Shown here one piece after another: positions 19,465 to 30,600 of a stretch of 64,000 nucleotides of DNA. The position numbers and the translations under genes are program-made. This DNA is from an uncultured Acidobacteriota bacterium (GTDB lineage Bacteria; Acidobacteriota; Thermoanaerobaculia; UBA5066). The stretch covers positions 736,001 through 800,000 of the forward strand of contig CAVZYA010000002.1 of the NCBI GenBank assembly GCA_963779415.1. Direction: 5' to 3'. The notes below the pieces were generated by a model. It did not search any database. It was not told the DNA's origin and saw only the letters and a list, made by a program, of their open reading frames with translations. Position 1 is the first letter of the stretch; each line of letters begins with the position of its first letter.

Positions 19465-21118
19465 GGAGGACCGTCCCCGGCCAGAAGCGCCGGACGCTCT
19501 CGGGAGCGAAGCCGAGCGACGCGAGAGTCCGCTCCAGGAACAGTTGTGTCACGGGAAACGGCGTCCCATCGGGATCCGCGAGAGCGACGACGCGGTCGAC
19601 GGGGAAGCGTTCGACGAGCGCCGCCAGGCGCGAAGGAAAGTCCTCGGCCGTCCACCGCTCCGTCTCGTCGCCGCGCGGCAGGCCGATGTAGACGGAAAAC
19701 GACCCCGCCCCGGGCCAGCGCTCGGCCCCGGCCCGGAGCATTCGGGCGAGAGGTCCGGGGAGCCGTTCCGCGGATCCGGCGAGGCGGAGCTCGCTCGCCG
19801 TCCGAAGCGCCGCCGCGCCGTCGAGAGGGATCGCTCCTTCCGAGACGAGAGCGAAATCACAGGTGGCGGGGGAAACGAGCGCGTTCTCCGACGCGACGAA
19901 CACGGACCGGCCGCCCCGGCTCATCTCCGCGACGACCGCGGCGCGGACGGCGTCTCCACGGCGCGGCGTTGCGGGAGTGAGACAGGCAAGAAGCGCCGGA
20001 ATCTGGAACGCAAGGAGGAGCGCGAAGACGCCGGCCATCGCTCTCCGAAGAAACGTGCCACGGCGCGTCCGGAGGTCCTCGACGAGAGCGCCGAGCAGAA
20101 AGGGGAAGAGAACGGCGAGCGGAAGGATGTGGCGGTTCAGCTTCGTGTGGGAAAGCTCGGCGAGGACGATCTGGAGGAGGGCGAGGAAGGCGACGAGCCG
20201 GACGCTTCGGTCGCGAAGCGCGCGCCGTGAAAGGGAGAGGACGAGCGCCGCCATGTAGAGCGCGAGAAGCGGTCCCGAACCCGCCAGCGTCACGGCCGCG
20301 CGCGGATAGTAGAGAAAACCTTCGACGCTGAAGGTCGAAGGACCGGTCTGAAGGTTCACGAGCGCGGCGAGCGTGTGCGCGATCTTCGGCGGGTACGCGA
20401 ACCAGAGCGCGAGCGGCACGGCGAGCGCCGCGAGGGCCTTCCGGGCGTTGCTCCGCACGCCTCTCCGCGGATCGTCGGCGGCCAATCGGCGGCCGATCGC
20501 CCCGTCGACGGCGAAGGCGGCCGCGAGAGCGAGCGCGAGGAGGACGCCGTAGTTCGTCCGTGTCAGGTACGTCGCGAAGACGGAGAGGCCGAGGAGAACG
20601 GGACGCCGTCCCTCGACGTAGAGAAGGATCGTGAGCGAAAAGAGCGCGAGGGCCGGCAGCTCGAGGAGAGCCGTCCCCGCGAGCTTCGCGGCGAGCGGCG
20701 AAAGGAGGAAACCGAGACCCGCGACGAGGGCCGCGGCGGCGCCGCGCGCGCGGAGTGCGGCGAGAGCGAGAAGGCCCGCAGTCGCGACGTACGCGGCGAG
20801 GCTGCTCGTCCGGGCAGTCTCCGCCGTGGCTCCGAAGAGCAGGAAGAAGAAACCGCTGTAGAGCGCATGGAGCGGAGGCCAGTAGACCGAACGGTAGGCG
20901 TCGTACGCGACCCGGAGAAACTCCCCCGCGCGAAGCTCCAGCGCCACCCGGAGGCCGTAGAGCGCGTGAAACCCCTCGTCCCAGTCGAGCGGCCCGGCCG
21001 GGGCGATCACCCGCGAGCGGATCACGAACGCGAGCGCGACCGCCGCCGCGAGGACGCCGAGAAGCGCCGAAGCGCCCCCCCGGGAGCGGCGGTTCGGAGG
21101 AACGGGAAGCTCGCTCAT
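19406..21118 (-). CDS. GT-C fold (ArnT/PMT, family 39-like) membrane glycosyltransferase
   Basis: WDEGFH loop after TM1, YWPPLH, multiple TM helices, RHILPL. Confidence 0.7.
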   Translation of the reverse strand: MSELPVPPNRRSRGGASALLGVLAAAVALAFVIRSRVIAPAGPLDWDEGFHALYGLRVALELRAGEFLRVAYDAYRSVYWPPLHALYSGFFFLLFGATAETARTSSLAAYVATAGLLALAALRARGAAAALVAGLGFLLSPLAAKLAGTALLELPALALFSLTILLYVEGRRPVLLGLSVFATYLTRTNYGVLLALALAAAFAVDGAIGRRLAADDPRRGVRSNARKALAALAVPLALWFAYPPKIAHTLAALVNLQTGPSTFSVEGFLYYPRAAVTLAGSGPLLALYMAALVLSLSRRALRDRSVRLVAFLALLQIVLAELSHTKLNRHILPLAVLFPFLLGALVEDLRTRRGTFLRRAMAGVFALLLAFQIPALLACLTPATPRRGDAVRAAVVAEMSRGGRSVFVASENALVSPATCDFALVSEGAIPLDGAAALRTASELRLAGSAERLPGPLARMLRAGAERWPGAGSFSVYIGLPRGDETERWTAEDFPSRLAALVERFPVDRVVALADPDGTPFPVTQLFLERTLASLGFAPESVRRFWPGTVLLSFRRAPAPRPLAAESRVP

Positions 21119-21891
21119 CGGAGCGGTCGTTTTCTGACGATCCCCGTCACGATCCGCCCCGTCCCCTTTCCGTCGCGGCGGTAGGACGGAAAGAGATCCG
21201 GGCAGCCGGCCGTGCAGAGAGCGGCATCTAGGATCGATCCCGCAAGGACGCCGCGGCCGACGAGGAGAGCCCTGTTGAAGGCGGCGACGTCGACGTGGTA
21301 CCGGTCCTGGCGGCCGGGGCGAATGGCGCCCGCGGGGACGTCGATTTGGGTGTGGTTCTTCCGAAGGGCCTCGACGACGTCGGGGCCGACCTCGTACCGC
21401 CCCTGCGAGATGCAGGGGCCGATCGCGGCGACGAGGCGCGAGGCGGGGACGCCTTCCTTCTCGAGCCGGTCGAGGACGGCGTCGAGAATCCGAGCCGCCG
21501 TCCCGCGCCAGCCGGCGTGCACGGCCGCGATCCATGGCCCTCCCGTGTCGGCGAGGAGTATCGGAACGCAGTCGGCCGACTGGATGCCGAGAAGGACTCT
21601 TACCTCTCGCGTCATCAGCGCGTCGCCGGTGCCGGCCATGCCGCTCCCCGAAAGATCTCCCGCGGCATCGATGATCAGAACGCCCCGGCCGTGGACCTGC
21701 CGGGCGAGGGCGATCCGGGCCGAGGGCGCGCCGAGGGCCGCCGCGAGGTCCCGGGCGAGCCGTGGCACCTCCTCGCGCCCTCGGTTCGTTCCGGTCGTGA
21801 AGCCGGCCGAGACGCCGTCGGGAAGCCCCCGGAGGAGCCCGTATTCCCCTTCGAAGGAGATGCAGCCCTCTGCCGGTTCCACAGGTGTCAT
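21115..21891 (-). CDS. pgeF: Peptidoglycan editing factor PgeF (YfiH family)
   Basis: QVHG, GDALMT, SADCVPILL, HAGWRG, IGPCI, CT...FPSYRR. Confidence 0.9.
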   Translation of the reverse strand: MTPVEPAEGCISFEGEYGLLRGLPDGVSAGFTTGTNRGREEVPRLARDLAAALGAPSARIALARQVHGRGVLIIDAAGDLSGSGMAGTGDALMTREVRVLLGIQSADCVPILLADTGGPWIAAVHAGWRGTAARILDAVLDRLEKEGVPASRLVAAIGPCISQGRYEVGPDVVEALRKNHTQIDVPAGAIRPGRQDRYHVDVAAFNRALLVGRGVLAGSILDAALCTAGCPDLFPSYRRDGKGTGRIVTGIVRKRPLR

Positions 21892-21922
21892 TCTAGGGAG
21901 GCATCTAGAATCCCCGCCATTC

Positions 21923-22615
21923 ATGGCGAAGCCGAAGACCGGTCGAGAGAGCGGCCCGCGGCGCGGATGGTCTGCCGCGGAACGGCGGATTCTCGCGAAG
22001 CTGTCGACGCCGGAAGCGATCCAGCGCTTCCTCGACGAGGAGGTCGGCTACAACCACGAGAGAGACGGCGAGACCTGCCGGTCCCCGCGCGCCGTCCTTC
22101 GCGACCGGATCGCTCACTGCGGCGAGGGCTCCATCTTCGCGGCGGCCGCCCTCCGTTTCCACGGACGGAGGCCTCTCGTGATCCAGCTACGGGCGGTCCG
22201 GGACACCGATCACGTTCTCGCCCTCTTCACGGGGCCGGACGGCCGGGGCGGGTGGGCGTGGGGGGCCGTGGCGAAGTCGAACTACGCCGGGCTTCGCTAT
22301 CGGTCCGCCGTCTACCGCACCGTTCGCGAGCTCGTCCTGAGCTACTTCGAGGACTACTACAGCCCGTCCGGCGAGCGGACCCTCCGCACCTTCACCCGGC
22401 CGGTGGACCTGTCGCGGTTCGACGCGAGGGGGTGGGAGACGGCCGAGGGGAACATCTGCGACGTGGCCGACTGGGTCGCGACGCGGCGTTTTCATGCCCT
22501 CCTGACCCGTGTGCAGGCGCGAGGCCTGTCCCGCGTCGATAAGCGCCTCTACCTTTCGGGGCTCGTCGGCTCGTCGAATCTGGAGCCTGAGGGACCCTAC
22601 CGGAAGAAGCGCTGA
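21923..22615 (+). CDS. Transglutaminase-like cysteine protease (vasohibin-like Cys-His-Ser)
   Basis: AHCGEG, DHVLALF, WGAVAKSNYAGLRYRSAVYRTVRELVLSYF. Confidence 0.65.
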   Translation: MAKPKTGRESGPRRGWSAAERRILAKLSTPEAIQRFLDEEVGYNHERDGETCRSPRAVLRDRIAHCGEGSIFAAAALRFHGRRPLVIQLRAVRDTDHVLALFTGPDGRGGWAWGAVAKSNYAGLRYRSAVYRTVRELVLSYFEDYYSPSGERTLRTFTRPVDLSRFDARGWETAEGNICDVADWVATRRFHALLTRVQARGLSRVDKRLYLSGLVGSSNLEPEGPYRKKR

Positions 22616-22626
22616 CCAGGAGCGCG

Positions 22627-23805
22627 TCAGAGCCCACGGGCGAGGCGCGCCACGCCCTCGGCGAAGAGATCCGGCTGCGGCAGAAGGCTGAGGACGAGGA
22701 AACTCTCCGACGGGAAGTCGAAGAAGTAGCCGGGGTGGACGAGAAGGTCGTGGTCAGAGAGGAGACGAAGGACGAGCTCCTCCTCGGCCTCGACGGCCGG
22801 GACGCGAAGGACGGCCGACCAGCCGCCGCGAAGCGGCTCGGCGGCGGCGGGCGCCCCCGGCGGGAAAGCGCGGACGAGCGTGGCATGGTTCGTCCGGAGG
22901 CGCTCGCGGATCGCGGCGGCGGCCGTCTCGCCCCACGAGAGGAGCTCCGGGAGCGCGAGCTGCACCGGCGTTCCGACCGAGAGGTAGGTGTCGGCGATCC
23001 ATTCGAGACGGGCGAGCGCCTCGCGCGCGAGCTCCTCCGGTCCCCCGACGAGCAGCCATCCGAGTTTCATCTGCGGGAGAGCGGCGGATTTCGAGAGCCC
23101 TCCGAGTGAGACGGCGAGAGCGCCGCCGTCAGCCGCGCACTCGGCGGCGACGGGAACGTCGTCCGCTCCCGGAGCGAAGCGGTAGTCGAGGAAGACCTCG
23201 TCGGAGACGACGGCGAATCCGTGGCGCTTCGCCGAAGCCAGGAGGGAGAGAAGCTCGCCACGCGCCACCCCGGAGCCGGTCGGGTTGTTCGGGGAGACGA
23301 GAACGACGGCTCCGACGCGGCGGTCCGAACCGGCGAACCGCTCGACCTCGCGTTCGACGCTCGCGGCCTGAAAAGTCCACCCCCCGTCGGGGTCGAGCGG
23401 GTAGCGCTCGACGCGGACGCTCTCCAGGCCGGCGAGGGCGTCGAGGAGCGGGTAGCTCGGAGCGGGGACGAGAACGGTGTTTCCGGGATCGCAGAGGAGC
23501 CTGAAGAGCCAGCCGTACGCTTCGCTCGAGGAAGCCGCGAGGACGATTCGCGAAGGATCGGCCGCGACGGCGCGGCGGCCGTAGTACTCCGCCACGGCTT
23601 GCCGCGCGGCGAGGATTCCTGCCGGTTCCGGAGCGTAGAAGCGTCCGCGGGGGTCCGCGAGCGGGGCGAGGGGATCGCCGGGAACGTCGAGCCCTACGGC
23701 GGTCGGGTTCGAGACGGTCAGGTCGAGCGGAGGCACGGCGCGCCCCGCGAGGGCCCGCGACATCCGGTTCGTCGCGTGGATCTTCGGCGTCCGCCCGGAG
23801 AACAA
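22627..23805 (-). CDS. PLP-dependent aminotransferase class I/II
   Basis: PAPSYP, SPNNPTG, SDEVF, GLSKSAALPQMKLGW. Confidence 0.88.
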   Translation of the reverse strand: MFSGRTPKIHATNRMSRALAGRAVPPLDLTVSNPTAVGLDVPGDPLAPLADPRGRFYAPEPAGILAARQAVAEYYGRRAVAADPSRIVLAASSSEAYGWLFRLLCDPGNTVLVPAPSYPLLDALAGLESVRVERYPLDPDGGWTFQAASVEREVERFAGSDRRVGAVVLVSPNNPTGSGVARGELLSLLASAKRHGFAVVSDEVFLDYRFAPGADDVPVAAECAADGGALAVSLGGLSKSAALPQMKLGWLLVGGPEELAREALARLEWIADTYLSVGTPVQLALPELLSWGETAAAAIRERLRTNHATLVRAFPPGAPAAAEPLRGGWSAVLRVPAVEAEEELVLRLLSDHDLLVHPGYFFDFPSESFLVLSLLPQPDLFAEGVARLARGL

Positions 23806-23809
23806 CGCC

Positions 23810-25933
23810 TTACTTCTTTTCGGGCGCGGCGTCCCAGACCTTCCCGGCCGCCATCGCCTTCGGATCCCACGGCGACGGGTCGCCGCCGAGAAAGCGGTGG
23901 AACCAATCGAGGTGCGCAGCGTAGTAGAGCGCCATCTCCTGCCATGAGGGCCAGTGTCCCGCCTTCTCGAAGACGACGAGGCGGGAAGGGACCTTCATTC
24001 TCTGCAGGTCGGTGAAGAACATGAGCGACTGCGTATACGGCACGCGGAAATCGCGCTCGCCGGTCAGGACGAGCGTCGGGGTCCTGAAGTTCTTAACGTA
24101 CTCCGACGGCGTCTGCTTCCGGTACCCTTCGGGGTTCTGCCACGGGGTCCCCTTGAGATCCCATTCCGGGAACCAGAGTTCCTCCGTCGCGCTGTACATC
24201 GACCGGAGGTCGTAGACCCCCATCATCGAAGCGGCGGCCTTGTAGCGCGTCGTCTGCCCGACGAGCCACATCACGGCGTATCCCCCCCACGACCACCCCA
24301 TGACGCCGATCCGCTCCTTGTCGACGTACGGGAGCTTCTCGAGCGCGTCAGTCACCTTCGCGACGTCCTCCATCACCTTGCCGTCCCAGTCGCCGGAGAT
24401 GGCCGACGTATAGGCCTGGCCGAAGCCGGTCGAGCCGTGCGGGTTCGGAAAGGCCTCGATGTAACCGGCCCCCGGGTAGACCTGCCAGTCGCCGCGAAAC
24501 GCGTCGGCCCACTGCGACTGGGGCCCGCCGTGGATGTTCAGGATGAGCGGGTATTTCTTCGCGGGGTCGAAGCCGTGCGGCGTCACGATCCACGTCTGGA
24601 CCGGCTTTCCCTCGGCGCCGGGGAAGAAACGCTCCTCGGCGGGCCGGATGTCGACCTCGGCCCCGAGGGACACGTTGTGCGTCGTCAGACGCGTCCCTTC
24701 GGGGTTCGGCTTCGGAGAGAAGTCGATCCGCCAGAGCTCAGGCGGCTGCCCGATCCGCCGGCGCGCCACGACGGCGAAGGAGGCGTCCTTCGCCGTGACG
24801 AAGGCATCGAGCGTCCCGACGTCCGAGAGGACGCGGATCCTCCCGGTCGCGACTTCGAGCTCATGGAGCGGCGTCCGCCCCTTCACGTCTGCGGTGAAAT
24901 AGATCCTTCGGGAGTCGGCGGACCAGCCGATGTCGCCGATCGTGTTGTCGAAGGCGTCGGTGAGGCTCCGTTCGGAGAGGGTCGCCCGGTCGAGAAGGAC
25001 GATCCGGAACCGGTCCGCCTCGTATCGGGGCGTCACCTGCCGCCGGAAGGCGAGCCACTTCCCGTCGGGTGAGTAGCGCGGCGTCCCGTCCCAGCCGAGG
25101 TTCTTCGCCGTGAGGTTCTTCGGCGACTTCAGGGCGTCGGCACCGCCGTCGAGGCGGACGACGAAGAGGTCGGCGTTCGTGGAGTCGGCCGGCTCCGGCG
25201 TCCGGTTCGACGCGAAGGCCAGCTCCTTTCCGTCGGGGGAGAGATCGAAGCCACGCGAGCCGCCGAGCGTGAAGACCGGCGAGTCGAAGTCGCCGGGCGT
25301 CAGATCCGTGGTCGTCCCGGCCGCGAGGTCGAGGCGGAGGAGATGCGTCCGGCGCCCCTCTTTCCACGAGTCCCAGTGCCGGTAGAGAAGCGCGTCCTCG
25401 ACCTGCGCCTTCAGCTTGTTCTTCTCGCGCGCCTCGATCGAGGCCTTGTTGCAGGCGGCGTCGGCGCCGCAGGCGGGATCGACCTCGGCGGCGAAGACGA
25501 GGGCCGTCCCGTCGGCGGAGAAAATCGGGTCGGAGATCCCCCCGGGGACGTCGGTCTTCTTCTCGGCTTCGCCGCCGGCAAGCGGCAGGAGGAAGAGCTG
25601 CGGGTCGCCCGACCGCGTCGAAACGAATGCGAGCGACTTTCCGTCCGGCGAGAAGAGCGGGTGCATGTCGCGGGCGTCGGAAAAGGTGAGACGGCGGGCG
25701 CCCGTCCCGTCCACGCCGACCCGCCAGAGAGCGGTCGTCCGCTTTCCCGCCTTCACGTCGCCTGTCGTGACGGCGTAGACGATCGTCTTTCCGTCCGGCG
25801 AAAGGGCCGGCTCGCCGACGCCGGCGACTCGATAGAAATCGGGGAGGGTGAACGCTCGCTTCTCCGTCGTTTGCGGAGAAGCCGGAAGGGCCGCCAGGGA
25901 GAGGAAGAGGAGACTCCGGAGGACTCGTCGCAT
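23810..25933 (-). CDS. S9 (prolyl oligopeptidase / acylaminoacyl peptidase) family peptidase
   Basis: Signal peptide, beta-propeller repeats (SPDG), IHGGP, GWSWGG, GERDFRVP, AGH. Confidence 0.92.
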   Translation of the reverse strand: MRRVLRSLLFLSLAALPASPQTTEKRAFTLPDFYRVAGVGEPALSPDGKTIVYAVTTGDVKAGKRTTALWRVGVDGTGARRLTFSDARDMHPLFSPDGKSLAFVSTRSGDPQLFLLPLAGGEAEKKTDVPGGISDPIFSADGTALVFAAEVDPACGADAACNKASIEAREKNKLKAQVEDALLYRHWDSWKEGRRTHLLRLDLAAGTTTDLTPGDFDSPVFTLGGSRGFDLSPDGKELAFASNRTPEPADSTNADLFVVRLDGGADALKSPKNLTAKNLGWDGTPRYSPDGKWLAFRRQVTPRYEADRFRIVLLDRATLSERSLTDAFDNTIGDIGWSADSRRIYFTADVKGRTPLHELEVATGRIRVLSDVGTLDAFVTAKDASFAVVARRRIGQPPELWRIDFSPKPNPEGTRLTTHNVSLGAEVDIRPAEERFFPGAEGKPVQTWIVTPHGFDPAKKYPLILNIHGGPQSQWADAFRGDWQVYPGAGYIEAFPNPHGSTGFGQAYTSAISGDWDGKVMEDVAKVTDALEKLPYVDKERIGVMGWSWGGYAVMWLVGQTTRYKAAASMMGVYDLRSMYSATEELWFPEWDLKGTPWQNPEGYRKQTPSEYVKNFRTPTLVLTGERDFRVPYTQSLMFFTDLQRMKVPSRLVVFEKAGHWPSWQEMALYYAAHLDWFHRFLGGDPSPWDPKAMAAGKVWDAAPEKK

Positions 25934-25982
25934 GGGCGGGAAGGTTACTCCGGGAATCCCGTCCTGTTACATTCCACGCCCC

Positions 25983-27662
25983 ATGGCTCCGCAGTACATC
26001 TTCACCATGCAGAACCTCCGGAAGGTCGTCCCGCCCCAGCGGGAGATCCTCCGGGGGATCTACCTCTCGTTCTTTCCCGGCGCCAAGATCGGCATCCTCG
26101 GCCTGAACGGGGCGGGGAAGTCGACGGTTCTCCGGATCATGGCGGGCGTCGAGAAGGAGTTCACCGGCGAGGCGTATCCGGCCGAGGGGACACGGATCGG
26201 CTTCCTTCCGCAGGACCCGCGGCTCGATCCGAAGAAGAGCGTCCTCGAAAACGTCGAGGAGGGAGTCGCCCCCGTCAAGGCGCTCCTGAACCGCTTCGAC
26301 GAGCTCTCCGGGAAGATGGGAGAGTCCCTCCCGGACGACGAGATGGAGAAGGTGATGGCCGAGTACGGCCGCGTCCAGGACGCCATCGAGGCGGCCGGCG
26401 GCTGGGAGCTGGACCGGACGCTCGAGACGGCGATGGATGCGCTCCGCTGCCCGCCCCCCGACGCGGACGTGACGAAGATCTCCGGCGGCGAGAAGCGGCG
26501 CGTCGCCCTCTGCCGGATCCTTCTTCAGCGCCCCGATCTCCTCCTCCTCGACGAGCCGACGAACCATCTCGACGCCGAGTCGGTCGCCTGGCTCGAACAG
26601 CACCTGAAGGACTACCCGGGGACGGTCGTGGCGGTCACCCACGACCGGTACTTCCTCGACAACGTCGCGGGGTGGATCCTCGAGCTGGACCGCGGCGCCG
26701 GGATCCCGTGGAAGGGGAACTACTCCTCGTGGCTCGAGCAGAAGCAGGCCCGTCTCGCGCAGGAGGAGAAGGCCGAATCGGCGCGGCAGCGGACCCTCAA
26801 GCACGAGCTGGAGTGGGTCCGGATGGCCCCGCGCGCGCGGCAGGCCAAGAGCAAGGCTCGCCTGCAGGCCTACGAGCAGCTCCTCTCGGAATCGGGCGTC
26901 GAGGGGCGCGGCGAGACGAACGAGATCTACATCCCGCCCGGCCCGCGGCTCGGGGACGTCGTCGTCCGCGCGGAGAGGGTCCGGAAGGGGTACGAGGACC
27001 GGCTCCTCTTCGAGGGCCTGAACTTCGACCTGCCGCGCGGCGGCATCGTCGGCGTCATCGGACCGAACGGCGCGGGGAAGACGACGCTCTTCCGGATGAT
27101 CATGGGGCTCGAGAAGCCCGACGGCGGGACGCTCCGGGTTGGCGAGACGGTCGTCCCGAGCTACGTGGACCAGAACCGCGACCGTCCGAACGCGAAGAAA
27201 AGCGTTCACGACGAGCTGTCGGAAGGACAGGACCTCGTGATGTTGGGAAAGCGCGAGATCCCCAGCCGCGCCTTCTGCGCCATGTACAACTTCAAGGGAG
27301 CCGACCAGCAGAAACTCGTGCAGGACCTCTCGGGGGGCGAGATGAACCGCCTTCACCTCGCGCGGACCCTGAAGAAGGGGGGGAACCTCCTCCTTCTCGA
27401 CGAGCCGACGAACGATCTCGACGTCGACACCCTCCGGGCCCTCGAGGACGCGCTCCTCGCCTTCGGCGGCTGCGCCGTCGTCATCTCGCACGACCGCTGG
27501 TTCCTCGACCGGATCGCCACGCACATCCTCGCCTTCGAGGGGGACTCGAAGACCGTCTGGTACGAGGGGAACTATCAGGATTACGAGGCCGACCGGCACC
27601 GCCGCCTCGGTGCGGCGGCCGACATGCCGCACCGGATCCGATACCGGAAGCTGACGGGATAA
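25983..27662 (+). CDS. ettA: Energy-dependent translational throttle protein EttA (ABC-F)
   Basis: MAPQYIFTM, SFFPGAKIG, two ABC cassettes, ARQAKSKARL, C-terminal PHRIRYRKL. Confidence 0.95.
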   Translation: MAPQYIFTMQNLRKVVPPQREILRGIYLSFFPGAKIGILGLNGAGKSTVLRIMAGVEKEFTGEAYPAEGTRIGFLPQDPRLDPKKSVLENVEEGVAPVKALLNRFDELSGKMGESLPDDEMEKVMAEYGRVQDAIEAAGGWELDRTLETAMDALRCPPPDADVTKISGGEKRRVALCRILLQRPDLLLLDEPTNHLDAESVAWLEQHLKDYPGTVVAVTHDRYFLDNVAGWILELDRGAGIPWKGNYSSWLEQKQARLAQEEKAESARQRTLKHELEWVRMAPRARQAKSKARLQAYEQLLSESGVEGRGETNEIYIPPGPRLGDVVVRAERVRKGYEDRLLFEGLNFDLPRGGIVGVIGPNGAGKTTLFRMIMGLEKPDGGTLRVGETVVPSYVDQNRDRPNAKKSVHDELSEGQDLVMLGKREIPSRAFCAMYNFKGADQQKLVQDLSGGEMNRLHLARTLKKGGNLLLLDEPTNDLDVDTLRALEDALLAFGGCAVVISHDRWFLDRIATHILAFEGDSKTVWYEGNYQDYEADRHRRLGAAADMPHRIRYRKLTG

Positions 27663-27699
27663 GGCTTCCCCGGGGCCCGCCGCTTTGTAGACTCCGATC

Positions 27700-30600
27700 A
27701 TGAATCGGGCAGGCCGGGGCGTTCTGGCGGCGGGGGCACTGCTCCTCTTCGTGGCCCGCGCCGCCGGCGCCGACGAGCCGGCGGGCGCGGCTCGTCTCTT
27801 CGAGGGCCGCCTCGTCTTTGCGACCTACGGGCGAGACGACGGGCTCGAGGACCTGAACGTCGAGGCGATTCTCCAGGATCGGACGGGCTTTCTCTGGCTG
27901 GGGACGGGCAACGGTCTCTACCGGTTCGACGGCCGCCGCTTCGTCCGCATGGGAGCGAACCTCGCGTCGCTCGACACGCGCGTCACGGCCCTCCACGAGG
28001 CGCCGGACGGTGTCCTCTACGTCGGGACGGGCGCCGGCCTCGCCCGGCGCGAGAAGGAGCCGTTCGTCGCGCTCGGCAGGGAGTCGGGGCTTCCGGCTTC
28101 CGAGATCCTCGCGGGCCTGATCGCGACGGACCCCGGCGGAAGGCTCCTCGTCGGGACGCGACAGGGTCTCTACAGGGAAGAGGGCGGGCGATTCGTCCCC
28201 GTCCCCCGTCCGGACGGGGGTCCGGAGAGCCGGATCACGGCGCTTCACGTCGATTCCGCGGGGGCGGTCTGGACGGCGCGCGGACGCTCGCTCGTCGTGT
28301 CGGACAAGGAGGGATGGCACGACCTCGGCGCGAATCTTCCGATCCCGGCCGGCGAGCAGATCGACCGGATCGTGACCGATGGCGCCGGGCGCGTTTTCCT
28401 CCGAACGCTCCGGACGCTCTGGGTGCGCGAGCGGGGGACGATCACCTTCGTCCGCGACGACGACGGACTCCCGGCATCGAGCGAGTTCGGGAGGCTTGCG
28501 CTCGGGAGAGACGGCGAGATCCTCGTGCCGACGATCCGCGGTCTCGCTCGGAAGAGGGGGGGCGTCTGGACCCTGATCGGAAAGAGGGAAGGGCTCCCCG
28601 GTCCGGCGGCGAATGCCGCCCTCGTGGACCGGGAAGGCTCTCTCTGGGTCGGACTCGCCGGAGAAGGGCTCGCGCGTCGGCTGGGCGAGGGCGTTTTCAC
28701 CGGAGCGGGCGAGGACGAAGGGCTCGCTCACAACCTGGTCTGGGCGATCGCGCGGGAGGAATCGGGAGGAGTCCGGGGCGCGCTCTGGGTCGGGACGGAG
28801 GAGGGGCTGAACCGGATCGACCCGCGCGACGGCTCGATCGCGACGTTTCGCCGGAAGGACGGGCTCGGCGGAGACGCGGTCCAGGCGCTCGCGGCCTTTC
28901 CGGACGGCCGGCTCTACGCGGGGCACTGGCCGGGAGGCATCACGCGGATCGGGCCCGGGCAGGAGGCCTTTCGACGGTGCCGGTTCGAAGGAGCCGATCC
29001 GTTGGGCCTTCGGGTCGTCTCGCTCTTCCGGACACGGGGGGGCGAACTTTTCGCGGGGACGAACCGGGGCGTCTTCCGTCTCCCGGAAGGGGAAAGGGAC
29101 TCGTTCGTTCCGGTCGCCGTGCCGGAGCCGACGGCCGGATGGCGGATGTTCGCCTTCGGCGAGGACGCGGAGGGAATCGTCTGGGCGGCCGGCGAGGGAG
29201 GGCTCTACCGGATGACGGGTCCCAGGCCGCGGCGATTCGGCCCGGAAGACGGCTTTCGCGCACGTGATCTCTCGGGTCTCGTCGTCCTCGACGACGGGAG
29301 CTTCGCGGTCGGATATCGCGATGTCACCGGCGTCGACCGGGTGTCTGTCCGCGGCGACAGGCTGACGATGACGCCGCTTTCCCCGCCCGCCGGAGGGGCA
29401 CCGGGGAAGAGCGTCTTCCTCGGCCGCAACGCGTCCGGGGCTCTCTGGTCGGGGACGGAGGTCGGCCTCGACGTCTATCCGGCGAAAGGTCCGGCGGTCC
29501 ACTACGGCCGATCGGACGGCCTCCTGACCGACGACATGAACCAGAACGCGTTTCTCGCGGAGCCGGACGGGACGGTCTGGATCGGAACGAGCCGCGGCCT
29601 CGTCCGTTACCGGTCGGGCGAGGCTTCCCGGAGGCGGTGGCCGCCTCGCATCGTCCTTCTCGAGGCGTGGGCCGGGCGCCGGCCGCTCGACCTCGCCGCT
29701 CCGGTGCGGCTCTCGCGAGGAGAGAGGGACCTTCGACTTTCGTGGGCGGCGCTCACCTTCGTCGATCCCCGGCGCGTCCACTATTTCTATCGCCTCGCGG
29801 GCCTCGAGGACGCCCCCATCGAGACGACGCTCCCGGAAGTCCGGTACTCCGCCCTTCCCTCGGGGCACTATCGGTTCGAGGTCTCGGCCATCACGGCTGC
29901 GGGCATCCCGAGCGAGGGATCCGCGGTGCTCGTCGTCTCGGTGGCGCCGGCCTGGTGGGAGGAATCATGGGCGTGGATCCTCGGCGGCCTCGTCCTCGGC
30001 CTCGGCGTGGCCGGTATCACGATGTGGCGAACGAGGGCGCTCGAGACCGAGCGACAGCGGCTCGAAGCGGCGGTCGCGGAGCGGAGCGCCGCCCTCGCGG
30101 CGTTGAATCGCGAGCTCGAGGAGGCCTCCCTCACGGACCCGCTCACCAGCCTCCGCAACCGGCGTTTCTTCTCGGCCGAGGTCGGCCGCGAGATCGCGAA
30201 CGTCCTAAGGGCCTTCCGGCCGTCGGGAGGCGGGTTCCCGCCGGAGGGGCGCGACATCGTCTTCTATCTGGTCGATCTCGACCACTTCAAGGAGATCAAC
30301 GACCTTTTCGGACACGACGTCGGGGACACCGTCCTCGTCGAGGTCGCCGTCCGGCTCGGCCGGGTCGTCCGGAAGGGAGACTGGCTGGTCCGCTGGGGAG
30401 GAGAAGAGTTCCTCATCGTCCTCCGGGAGGGAGGCCGCGATCAGGCCAGCATCCTCGCGGAGCGGATCCTTCTGGCCATCTCGCGCGAGCCCTTCGATCT
30501 CGGCAAGGGACGGAAGCTCTGGCGGACCTGCTCGGTCGGATGGGCGGTCTTCCCGAGCCTCCCCGCCTTCCCCGAGGCCGTGAGCTACGAGGACGTCCTG

